45,706 nucleotides of DNA from a virus, in the UHGV virus genome UHGV-1374573. One strand, 5' to 3'. The notes below the pieces were generated by a model. It made no database searches, was not told the DNA's origin, and saw only the letters and a program-made list of their open reading frames with translations. This document shows, piece by piece, positions 19,901 through 27,125 of this stretch (positions are counted from its first letter, which is position 1; every line of letters starts with the position of its first letter). The position numbers and the translations under genes were made by a program.

Positions 19901-20047
19901 GGCTCGTTTAAACTTACTGATATTCGCATCGACTTGTGTTTCAATCTCGTCAGGTATTTCAGTTTTAGCCATACGTTGAGCTTTTCTGATATTCCTTTGA
20001 AAATCAGTAATAATCGCCGATATACGAGCCATAAAGTTTTTGTTCAT
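16943..20047 (-). CDS. Tail tape measure protein
   Basis: 1034 aa. Rich in coiled coils and hydrophobic repeats. Located after the G/GT chaperones. Confidence 0.85.
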   Translation of the reverse strand: MNKNFMARISAIITDFQRNIRKAQRMAKTEIPDEIETQVDANISKFKRALNTAKAMAQRWREHTVEIDGNNNPIKRAIAVVKEKLQQLRDKEVDIKGNNNPLKRSVLGAKAMLATLHDKTVKVNFDTRGMTRAQVLTRALGQSLDEYGDKMDRLATKIRTFGTVFGQQIKGLLIASFQGLIPIIAGLVPAIMAVANALGVVAGGALGVAGAFGIAASGAFAFGAMAVSAIKMLNDGTLQATAQTRRYQASLEQVKSTWEGIIKQNQAQIFNTLSNALDTVNVALGRMKPFLAGISKGMEQASQSVLKWAQNSQTASKFFNMMNTTGVKTFNTLLSAAGRFGDGLINVFTQLGPLFLWTAKGLDNLGKKFQNWANSVAGQNAIKSFIEYTKTNLPKIGQIFGNVFMGIGNLMKAFAQNSSNIFDWLVKMTAKFREWSEQVGKSEGFKKFVQYVQENGPVIMDLIGNIVRVLVAFGTAMAPIASVILKVVTALAGFIAKLFETHPAIARMVGIGMILGGMLWALLAPIIAVSTMLSNVFGVTLIQAIGKMLTFARNTQILRSALNLVKIAFRLLMSPISTIMRILPMLSGAFEALGVAIGAISWPVLAIIGVIVALIGIIVWLWKTNENFRKTCVEAWNTIKDTIMNAVKTVINWFNQFRASIEQTLQPIMPILQMLGQVANQVLGFLFISLINGLVTAFQSLWTVISVVFTAIGGILQAATQLIFGLFTALIQLLTGDFSGAWQTLQTTISNVMTTIWNTILSIWGQISNFIFNVLNRILGTNITSWNQIWSAISGAVTRIWNTVSSWFSRVVSTVAQKMMQALSRIISGGARWVSSIISAMSRFVQGVVSGFVRVVSQVASGMGKAVSKVRSFFGKMVSAGLHIASGIARGIANGASRVINAAANIAKKAVSAAKNVLGIHSPSRVFRGIGGYISQGLGIGIMEQSNSAINASRRLAKDVTNAFSPDLNTDLTSDLTGGLNSDVNAHMSKDVRHSMQENNKPIVNVTVRNESDIPAIKSYIEDSNSKDASFGLF

Positions 20048-20049
20048 GG

Positions 20050-20909
20050 CTAACCTCCTTTTTGACTAGTATTACGTAATGAATTCATAAAGCGTCGTGT
20101 ACCTCGTTTCTGAACTTCTCTATTTCGTTTGTTCTGTGCTAACTTACGTTCTTTCATACGTTCGTATTCTTCTGATTGTCCACGCACTTCATATCTTGCA
20201 CGTTCTAATTGCTTCTGTAATCGTTTAAGTGATTTACCAGCTTGCACAAGACCGTTAGCTTGAGCACCGAACAACAACGTTTCTTGTTCATCAAGTAACG
20301 CTTGTTTACGACCAATAATCCAGTCTTTCCATTCATTAGGCGTCAAACTCATTAATTCATCATAAGGAAGATAGCCTATGTATTGACTGGTTATCTGCCG
20401 TATTTCTGAATAATCTAGTACGGTAGCTCGCCCATGATTTCTTTGTAGTTGTTCTTCATGAACTCGATTCCGTTCTTCGTAGATTCTTTTTCTTCTTCTT
20501 TCACCATAGATGGAGCCGAGTTCATTTGTGTCCAGAATAGACGTGATTTCTGCTTGAAAAAACCACTATGATTTAAAACTTGCAAAGCACCTTGTAATAA
20601 TTCGATAGAGTCTTGTTTTTCTTCGATAATATACATCAATGTTATTTCGATATCTTCACGTTTAGGTGCGTTCTTACCTAGATAAGCTGTCGCGCATTCC
20701 CAGAAGTCTGCAATTGCGATTGGATCACGTTCTAAAATACCGTTATAGATAGCATTGAAACCAGACACTTTAGTTGTTTTACCATTTTCGTCTTGCTCGT
20801 CTTTAGCAAACTTTTTAGCAGTTTTATCAAATAAGAAAGTCGCTTTAGCTTCAACTTCTTCTCCATTGATTTCTAATTCAGTAATAGGATTGATTGTATT
20901 TTCAGTCAT
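20050..20909 (-). CDS. Tail assembly chaperone GT fusion (~286 aa), made by a programmed -1 frameshift at 20562..20556
   Basis: The -1 frame opens at the TAG at 20568-20566 and runs unbroken to 20050. A U_UUU_UUC heptamer lies in the zero frame at codons G-F-F. The ORF at 20050-20352 listed in the track is the tail end of this frame. Confidence 0.7.
20415..20909 (-). CDS. Tail assembly chaperone G (zero-frame product, 164 aa)
   Basis: Acidic ORF between the major tail protein and the TMP. Contains the slippery site. Confidence 0.75.
   Translation of the reverse strand: MTENTINPITELEINGEEVEAKATFLFDKTAKKFAKDEQDENGKTTKVSGFNAIYNGILERDPIAIADFWECATAYLGKNAPKREDIEITLMYIIEEKQDSIELLQGALQVLNHSGFFKQKSRLFWTQMNSAPSMVKEEEKESTKNGIEFMKNNYKEIMGELPY
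20556..20562 (-). other. Slippery heptanucleotide T_TTT_TTC for the -1 ribosomal frameshift
   Basis: Read directly from the sequence. The -1 frame was opened by a stop codon just upstream. Confidence 0.65.
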
Positions 20910-20933
20910 TATTTAACCTCTTTCTGTTATTTT

Positions 20934-20962
20934 GTACAAAAAAATAGAGGGCTTAATGCCCT
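20934..20962 (-). terminator. Rho-independent terminator between the major tail protein and chaperone genes
   Basis: On the minus strand: GAGGGC-attaa-GCCCTC followed by TATTTTTTTGT. Confidence 0.7.
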
Positions 20963-20970
20963 CGTAAAGC

Positions 20971-21510
20971 TTATGCACCAGCTTTAGGTGTACGATTTTC
21001 ATATGAGTCGGAATATTCGCCCATATCTTCCCATTCAACTGTTGGAGCAGAAGCACTAGGGTTAAGCCATTCAGGAGGAAGTGATTCAACAGAACCATCT
21101 GCACTGTTAAACTTAACTTTTGCAGTGATTTCGATTTTGTCATCCTCATCATCAAATGACCATTCGTGCTCTTCTACAATTACATAAGCGAAAGTACCGT
21201 GATGTTTACCATCACGTTTTTTAACTTCCCAAATCCATAAACGTAACTGTTTGAAGTTTTTAACTGACTCTTTTAAAGCTTCTTGACCTTTGTCGCCAGG
21301 AACACGGTCAACAGTTAACTTGATTTCTTCTTCTACAGAGTTACGACCATAGTCTTTTTTGCCACCTGTAATCATTTCAGCTAAGTCATTACTGATTGTG
21401 TGTCCACCTTCAGCTAAACTAGCTAACAGAATAGCATCTTCTTCTTTTAACTGACTTGCTAAAACTTTGTCAGCAATTTGTAACGCTGCAATGTATTTAT
21501 TCTGCGCCAT
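20971..21510 (-). CDS. Major tail protein
   Basis: 179 aa, acidic C-terminus. Position follows the tail-completion genes. Strong terminator downstream. Confidence 0.75.
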   Translation of the reverse strand: MAQNKYIAALQIADKVLASQLKEEDAILLASLAEGGHTISNDLAEMITGGKKDYGRNSVEEEIKLTVDRVPGDKGQEALKESVKNFKQLRLWIWEVKKRDGKHHGTFAYVIVEEHEWSFDDEDDKIEITAKVKFNSADGSVESLPPEWLNPSASAPTVEWEDMGEYSDSYENRTPKAGA

Positions 21511-21934
21511 TCGTTACACTCCTTTGTAAAGTATTGTGTCTGTATTTAAAAATAAGCCGAATGATACCGTGCTTCGTGTACTGATCTATGTCAGTTATCA
21601 CTTCTTGTGTATCAATCCGACTTTTAATGAATGAGTAATGTTCGATTTCAAATTCAGTATTAAGTACATGACCTAAAAACTGAATGATTTGTGCTACTTC
21701 ATCACGATTTCTCGCTTGACTATACACGTGTAAGGTTACGCCTACATCTTCAAACATACTCGTTGTCGTTTCTTTATTAGTGACGTTTGTTTCACCCACA
21801 ACGATATATGGGTAAACAGCGTCTTTTTGAACGCAATCAAAAACCCTACCACCAAGCTGTTTTTTGATGATAGGGTTGCTTTTTAATTTGTTATATATCT
21901 TGTTAAACAGATACCGTTCTACTGATACCCACAT
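21497..21934 (-). CDS. Tail completion / tail-component protein
   Basis: 145-aa ORF between the gp10-like gene and the major tail protein. Confidence 0.55.
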   Translation of the reverse strand: MWVSVERYLFNKIYNKLKSNPIIKKQLGGRVFDCVQKDAVYPYIVVGETNVTNKETTTSMFEDVGVTLHVYSQARNRDEVAQIIQFLGHVLNTEFEIEHYSFIKSRIDTQEVITDIDQYTKHGIIRLIFKYRHNTLQRSVTNGAE

Positions 21935-21946
21935 ATCTTAACCACC

Positions 21947-22094
21947 TTATGAAAAATACTTATTGAAAAACGCTCTACCTTCATCGATTGCAGGTTCCCA
22001 AAAAGGCTGTGCATGTTGCCCTTTAGTTGTGTGCCAATGTCCGTCTGCGTCTTTGTAACGCCACGGGATATTCTTTGCACGACTACCACCTGGA
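21947..22094 (-). CDS. HK97-gp10-family head-tail joining protein, exon 2 (...PGGSRAKNIPWRYKDADGHWHTTKGQHAQPFWEPAIDEGRAFFNKYFS)
   Basis: Open frame downstream of the second HEG. It encodes the conserved QPFxxPA C-terminal motif of the gp10 family and has no start codon of its own. The 3' splice site is inferred to within about 10 nt. Confidence 0.6.
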
Positions 22095-23109
22095 CCGACT
22101 GCGTATCATCTTGTTATCGTAAAGGCTTTTTATCCTTTACTTCTTACAGTCACCTGTAAGTTCGGCGTACATTTTCAACCAATAAAAAAGACAACCATTA
22201 TTGGTTGTCGGACACTCTTGGGAAGATTATATTTATTCACTTCCTACGCTCTACAGTGCTCAATAGCCTTTCGCAATCTATTAAGTTACCTCGGTGTTAT
22301 CTTTTCCAGAATTGTCTTTGTCCTAAAGGTCTAACAACAGCGTAACCTTTATCACCACGAGCAATCCTTGCATATATTGTGTTAACTGATATTTTGTATA
22401 TTTTTTCTAATTCTTGCGGCGAGTACTTAATACCATCTAGGAATACCCATTTATTGCTAGTTCTGTTTTTAGCTTGTTCATTCCTTGTTATCCAAGTACA
22501 ATTTGAAGGTTCGTAGTTACCGTTAATATCTTTTCTTTCAATAGTTAAGCGTTCATTGTAACCATTATTATATGCCCAGTCATAGAAATTTTTATAACTA
22601 TTTTTCCATTCTTCACAGATAGTTATTCCTCTAGCACCATAATTTTTGTATCTATCGGAATTTGGTTTATAGCAACGTTTCTTCATATTTTCCCATATAT
22701 AATACAGTCTAGAATCTGTATCACCATGAGTTTTTTTAGCCTTGCTTGTCGCTATCTTTTGTAAGCATCCACAACTTTTGGAATAACCTGTTGTTATAGA
22801 TTTTGCAGATTTAACTGCAGTATTTCCACAATCACACTCTACTAACCAATACAGGTATCTATCTCCTTTAGGTGGATTGTGAATCCTTACTGGTTCTATG
22901 ACTTTTAACATATTGAATTTTTTGCCTGTCAAGTCTCTAAAATTACCTTCAAAAACTTCGCCTTTAGAATTGGTTAGCATAACATCACTCCTTATGGATA
23001 TTATACCAAACCTTCATCGTATATACCAGTCGATATTTTACATATAAGACTTTCACCGATTTTGCCCGATTTTTAACTTACCATTACTGATAAGTGGGAC
23101 ATACACACT
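22095..23109 (-). mobile_element. Second group I intron (~1015 nt) interrupting the HK97-gp10-like gene and carrying an HNH homing endonuclease ORF
   Basis: Exon 1 ends ...GGGGU. Intron nt 10-14 (GUCCC) form P1 with U.G at the splice site, the same spacing as in intron 1. The exon-1 ORF runs on into VVCMSHLSVMVS* instead of the conserved C-terminus, which lies beyond the HEG. The proposed intron end is ...GCAGUCGG. Confidence 0.65.
22297..22980 (-). CDS. Intron-encoded HNH homing endonuclease (paralog of 7515-8153)
   Basis: 227 aa. Shares the FNMLKVIE / YSKSCGCL / RCY blocks with HEG 1. HNH_3 motif: IERKDINGNYEPSNCTWITRNEQAKN. Confidence 0.75.
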   Translation of the reverse strand: MLTNSKGEVFEGNFRDLTGKKFNMLKVIEPVRIHNPPKGDRYLYWLVECDCGNTAVKSAKSITTGYSKSCGCLQKIATSKAKKTHGDTDSRLYYIWENMKKRCYKPNSDRYKNYGARGITICEEWKNSYKNFYDWAYNNGYNERLTIERKDINGNYEPSNCTWITRNEQAKNRTSNKWVFLDGIKYSPQELEKIYKISVNTIYARIARGDKGYAVVRPLGQRQFWKR

Positions 23110-23363
23110 ACCCCTGTACCGTAGTTGACGTACACTGCATACTCACTACCAATATTAATAACGCCTGTTAATCCGCCCTTCTTAAAGTCCATAGAAACAC
23201 TTTCTCTAAGATAACCGGTATCAACAGGCATATTACTAACTATTGAATTGTGAATAATTGTTGTTGTCTTGGCTATACCTTTTTTAGCCCATCTAATCGT
23301 TTCTTTTTCGAACTCCTCAAGTTCCTTAACTAAGTCCCAATTACCATATTTAACCTTAGCCAA
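23110..23363 (-). CDS. HK97-gp10-family head-tail joining protein, exon 1 (...VDTGYLRESV...YVNYGTG)
   Basis: The N-terminal 84 residues match the gp10 family (VDTGxLRxS). The listed ORF 23073-23363 includes 12 intron-encoded codons. Confidence 0.65.
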
Positions 23364-23685
23364 TAGGACACTCTTTCAACCGAGTAAGATTGATCTCTTG
23401 TTGTCCGCCTTGGTCGACAGGTTCTCCTACTACTTCGTAAGTTTTACCGTTGTGTTTAAATAAGTTTGTGTTAGTTATTGGCAGGCTGTACGGCGTATAT
23501 AGGTTTCTGTCGTATGATTGGTTCATTTGATGAAACTTGAGTTGTTCAGATGAAGTAGGCGTATCCATAAATCCTTGTATTGTTTTTTCGCTCTTAAAGC
23601 GCTCTTGTTCACGTGGATACTCTCCTACAACTTCTCTTGAACCTAATTCGATTGTATGAGGAAACTCATTTAATGGATTAAACAT
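23356..23685 (-). CDS. Head closure / head-tail connector protein
   Basis: 109-aa ORF in the conserved position between the adaptor and the gp10-like gene. Confidence 0.5.
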   Translation of the reverse strand: MFNPLNEFPHTIELGSREVVGEYPREQERFKSEKTIQGFMDTPTSSEQLKFHQMNQSYDRNLYTPYSLPITNTNLFKHNGKTYEVVGEPVDQGGQQEINLTRLKECPIG

Positions 23686-23992
23686 GATAACCAGTCCAAC
23701 GTAAGCGTCTAAATGGTTTAAGGTACCCGTATGTTTCTTTAGGTAGATCAGTAACGAATGTGTAGCTTACAGTTCCCATAGTACGTGAAGAAATATTGCT
23801 AGTCGTACCTTGTTTGATACAGTTGGCAATAAATTTCTCTACATTACTAGGTAATGACTGCCTATTGAATGTTTGATTACAATATTCTTCAGCTACATTC
23901 AGATACTTTTCAATAAGTAATTCGATTGTTTCGTCATTTGAAATATCGTCGAGTGAGAGGTTGTTTAATAATTTAACGTCTTGTGCGTTCAT
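23678..23992 (-). CDS. Head-tail adaptor (gp6-like)
   Basis: 104-aa ORF after the capsid module. Confidence 0.5.
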   Translation of the reverse strand: MNAQDVKLLNNLSLDDISNDETIELLIEKYLNVAEEYCNQTFNRQSLPSNVEKFIANCIKQGTTSNISSRTMGTVSYTFVTDLPKETYGYLKPFRRLRWTGYHV

Positions 23993-24282
23993 TACTCAAC
24001 ACTTCCTAATGCTTCAATGAGTTCATCTTTTTTCATACTAGAAAAGCCCTCTATTTCACGTTCTTTAGCGAGTTCTCTTAATTCTGATACTTTCATACCT
24101 TTTAAGTCTTTGTCGCTCTCTACACGCTCAATAAGGGGCTTGTTTTGACGGTTCTCTTTTGTGGATAGTTCAGTTAATCGTTCATTACTTACATTTAAAC
24201 CTTTACGAGGGAACGTATCTCCAACGTTATATTCGTAGTTGTTATCTTGTAAGTCTGTGAAGTATTCGATTACTTTATACAT
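23992..24282 (-). CDS. Small protein with a Rho-N-like (SAP-like) C-terminal domain
   Basis: 96 aa. LKGMKVSELRELAKEREIEGFSSMKKDELIEAL resembles the Rho termination factor N-terminal domain. Confidence 0.5.
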   Translation of the reverse strand: MYKVIEYFTDLQDNNYEYNVGDTFPRKGLNVSNERLTELSTKENRQNKPLIERVESDKDLKGMKVSELRELAKEREIEGFSSMKKDELIEALGSVE

Positions 24283-24298
24283 ACGTCACTACCTCCTT

Positions 24299-25129
24299 TT
24301 ATGCGCCTGAGTCTGTAGTTCCTGCGCCTTTAGTAACCTTAACTGCTTTAGATTCATCATATAAGTATGCTACATAATGTTTATCACTGTATAAAGCAGT
24401 TGTTTTAGTTGAAGGATCACGGTCAGTTTCTAAGAAGAAATCACGTTTAGTGATAAGTTTAACTGCACCACGTTTAGCTAAAATAGCTTCGCCCTCATCT
24501 AATTTCTTAGAACGTACAATTACTGCACCTAAAGCTTCACCAAATGCACCTTTAACGATAATGTTATCGCCTAATTCAGTAGCTCGAGTGAAGTTATCTG
24601 AAGCACTAGAGCGCAACTTACCAGCGTCTTTAGGATTAATGAATAATACCATTGGTTCTAAATCTTCATCGTCAAATGTATCAATAGCAGCTTCTAAACC
24701 TGCTAATGTGCCGATGTCTGCACTTACAGTTAATTTCGTACCTCGTAAAGCTTCTAATACGTCATTATCTACTTTGTTAGCAATAGCTAAACCGTGTTGA
24801 CGTACTGCTTCGCCTTGTGGGTCTCCATAACCAGACAATAAAGCTTCGTCAGTAATATCAGTACCTTTACCGATTTTATGAATTTTAGCTTCACGTCTGT
24901 TAGTTTCAATTTTGTCTACAGGAATTTTTTGTCCTTCAGGTACTACTGTAGCGTCACCACTATAAACAAATGCAGGGAAAGTTAAAGTGTCACCTGGTTG
25001 TCCTACTAATGTACTGTCGATGTCCGCAAATTGCGCAAATCTTAATTTCTTATCTAATTCTGCTTGCATCATAGGTGCTAATACTTCTGGAACGATTTGT
25101 GTACTTTTAGTTGTTGTTCCTTGTGCCAT
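24299..25129 (-). CDS. Major capsid protein
   Basis: 276 aa. Immediately downstream of the scaffold gene with a strong RBS. Confidence 0.75.
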   Translation of the reverse strand: MAQGTTTKSTQIVPEVLAPMMQAELDKKLRFAQFADIDSTLVGQPGDTLTFPAFVYSGDATVVPEGQKIPVDKIETNRREAKIHKIGKGTDITDEALLSGYGDPQGEAVRQHGLAIANKVDNDVLEALRGTKLTVSADIGTLAGLEAAIDTFDDEDLEPMVLFINPKDAGKLRSSASDNFTRATELGDNIIVKGAFGEALGAVIVRSKKLDEGEAILAKRGAVKLITKRDFFLETDRDPSTKTTALYSDKHYVAYLYDESKAVKVTKGAGTTDSGA

Positions 25130-25146
25130 ATGTTATTACCTCTTTT

Positions 25147-25743
25147 CTAATTGTTTATTAGAGCGTCGTATGTTTTTCTATCATTCATAAATAGATCAGT
25201 TCTTTCATCTACGCTCATATTGTTGAACTGTTCTTGTGTTATTCCGCCAGCAACGCTTTTTCCGTCATTCGGCGTACGTCCGCTTGGTTTAGATTGTTCA
25301 AACAAATGCTCATTCTCTTTTTTGAACTCACTCATGTAATCATCTAATCCTTTGACATTTCCGTTGTCATCAACTTCTAAATTATCTTTATCAATTAGTT
25401 TGATTACTTGTTCAGGTTTAATCGCTTTTTCTTTAGCTAAAGATACTTCGATAGCTTTATTTAACTGAACGTCTTTGAGTTTTTGATCGTAGTTAGCGTT
25501 TTGTTCTTTATATTTTTCTAACTCTTGTTTAAGTTCATCGTTATCACCAACATTATTTTTGAGTTCTTCAATTTGATTATCACGATTTTTAATTTCTTCG
25601 TTAGCAGTGTCTAATTGTTCTTTTAGTGAATCAACTTTCTCTGCCTTCTCTTTATATGATTGCAAACCTTCATGATGTTCGTCGATAATCTTTTGAATAG
25701 CATCTTCTTCGACACCTAAACCACGTAAAAATTCTCTTTTCAT
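25147..25743 (-). CDS. Scaffolding protein
   Basis: 198 aa, highly charged coiled coil. Precedes the capsid gene. Confidence 0.75.
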   Translation of the reverse strand: MKREFLRGLGVEEDAIQKIIDEHHEGLQSYKEKAEKVDSLKEQLDTANEEIKNRDNQIEELKNNVGDNDELKQELEKYKEQNANYDQKLKDVQLNKAIEVSLAKEKAIKPEQVIKLIDKDNLEVDDNGNVKGLDDYMSEFKKENEHLFEQSKPSGRTPNDGKSVAGGITQEQFNNMSVDERTDLFMNDRKTYDALINN

Positions 25744-25828
25744 TATTACTACTCCTCACATTTTTTATTACGGTGGTCTTATCCACCATGAGTTTGCACC
25801 TTTTAACGCCTTGAGCATTTTTGGGCAT

Positions 25829-25859
25829 AAAAAATAGCCAACACATTTTAGTGTTAGCT
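25829..25859 (-). terminator. Terminator-like hairpin plus T-tract after the small ORF 25858-26064
   Basis: On the minus strand: AGCTAACAC-taaaat-GTGTTGGCT followed by ATTTTTTATG. Confidence 0.45.
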
Positions 25860-26064
25860 AGAATAAGTTAAAATTTGCATTTTCAGCATTACTTTTATTA
25901 ATGTGATTTTTAATTTGTTCTGTGTTAGCTTCGTTGCTTATTCCTACCTTTACAACTGATCTATCGTTCTTTAATCGGTTAATTTCTTCGTATAGTTGTT
26001 TGATACGCTCTAATTTCTCAATTGCTTCATCAGCATCGACATTAACCTTTACACTAAACTCCAT
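25858..26064 (-). CDS. Hypothetical small head-module protein
   Basis: 68-aa ORF. Confidence 0.45.
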   Translation of the reverse strand: MEFSVKVNVDADEAIEKLERIKQLYEEINRLKNDRSVVKVGISNEANTEQIKNHINKSNAENANFNLF

Positions 26065-26171
26065 CTAAACACCTTCTTTATACTTTCTTCTTTCTTCACT
26101 ACCGTCTGAGTGAATAACAAGAATGTAATCTTTTAAGAAATATAACTTAATTAAATTATCTTCGCTCATAA

Positions 26172-27125
26172 TCAGACACTACCTTTCCGTTTATTCTTCT
26201 CCCACTCTCTATAGTTAGTGAAAGGTATTACGCCATCTTCTTTAGTTCTCATCGTTGTAGGTAATTCATCTTCGTCTATGTAATAAAGAAGCTTACAACG
26301 ACAATTGATGTTCTCTTTTGCACTAGCTACACCTACAAATAACTTAGGTGCAGGACCTACACAACCACTAGAATGAAAGTTATCTTCAATATCGACTGAA
26401 GTGCCGTCTAAGTGTCTATGTGTATCACGTGTGCGTGTGTCTTTAGTAGCATACCAACGTTTCTTCATATCGAGTCCATTATCTTTAGCTACCATTGCGC
26501 TATCTAATCCAGCTTGTGACAATGCACGCCCTGTTTCTGTTCTAGCTACACGCACTGATTGAGCTTTTGACATACCTAAATCATTTCTTAATGCTTTAGC
26601 TATCTTAGAATATCCCTCACCACTCATAATGCCTTGTGTTATGTGTGTACGAATACGTTTTAATGTATCGTCACGATGTTTCTGCAGTGTAGGTACTAAC
26701 TTAATAAACTCAATAGGTTGTTCAATTGCCGTCTGTATTGTCTGCGAAGTAGGTATATCAAAGTTCATAGACGTTTGACTTGCTACTTCATACAAAAATA
26801 GGCTCATCATGTACTTTTCGATATAGACGTTCTGTTGTGATTGTTTGATAGCCTTAACGACTTCTCTGTAGTCTTGTGACAACATTTGACCTATACGATT
26901 AAGTTCTTTGTTGAGCCTGTTGTATTTATTAAATTCAGTCCACGTTACTTGTGGTTCATCTCTATCGTACTTTTCGTACATATTCGCAATAATCTGTTTG
27001 ATTTCTTTCAAACGTTTAGCAAATAGTATTTCGATTTCTTTCTCTGCTTGATTAACCAGTTTGTCGATGTAGTTATCTATGTCATTCTGATTGGTTATCT
27101 TCGGATTGTCTTTGTTGTTCGTCAT
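26172..27125 (-). CDS. Head morphogenesis protein (SPP1 gp7 / Mu F-like minor head protein)
   Basis: 317 aa. Follows the portal gene and overlaps it by 44 nt. Confidence 0.7.
   Translation of the reverse strand: MTNNKDNPKITNQNDIDNYIDKLVNQAEKEIEILFAKRLKEIKQIIANMYEKYDRDEPQVTWTEFNKYNRLNKELNRIGQMLSQDYREVVKAIKQSQQNVYIEKYMMSLFLYEVASQTSMNFDIPTSQTIQTAIEQPIEFIKLVPTLQKHRDDTLKRIRTHITQGIMSGEGYSKIAKALRNDLGMSKAQSVRVARTETGRALSQAGLDSAMVAKDNGLDMKKRWYATKDTRTRDTHRHLDGTSVDIEDNFHSSGCVGPAPKLFVGVASAKENINCRCKLLYYIDEDELPTTMRTKEDGVIPFTNYREWEKNKRKGSV

Noticed and set aside
20050-20352. Independent 100-aa gene MSLTPNEW...
   Set aside because: Its frame is open for 70 more codons upstream, back to the slippery site inside gene G. 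It is better explained as the C-terminal part of the GT frameshift product.
20913-21155. 80-aa minus-strand ORF
   Set aside because: It overlaps the major tail protein gene in another frame and spans the terminator hairpin. It is spurious.
23073-23132. Alternative 5' splice sites for intron 2 (after other U residues in ...AACUACGGUACAGGGGUAGUG)
   Set aside because: Only the site after GGGGU gives a P1 helix (GUCCC at intron nt 10-14) with the same geometry as intron 1 and keeps the reading frame with a G-preceded 3' site. The other sites remain possible until cDNA is sequenced.
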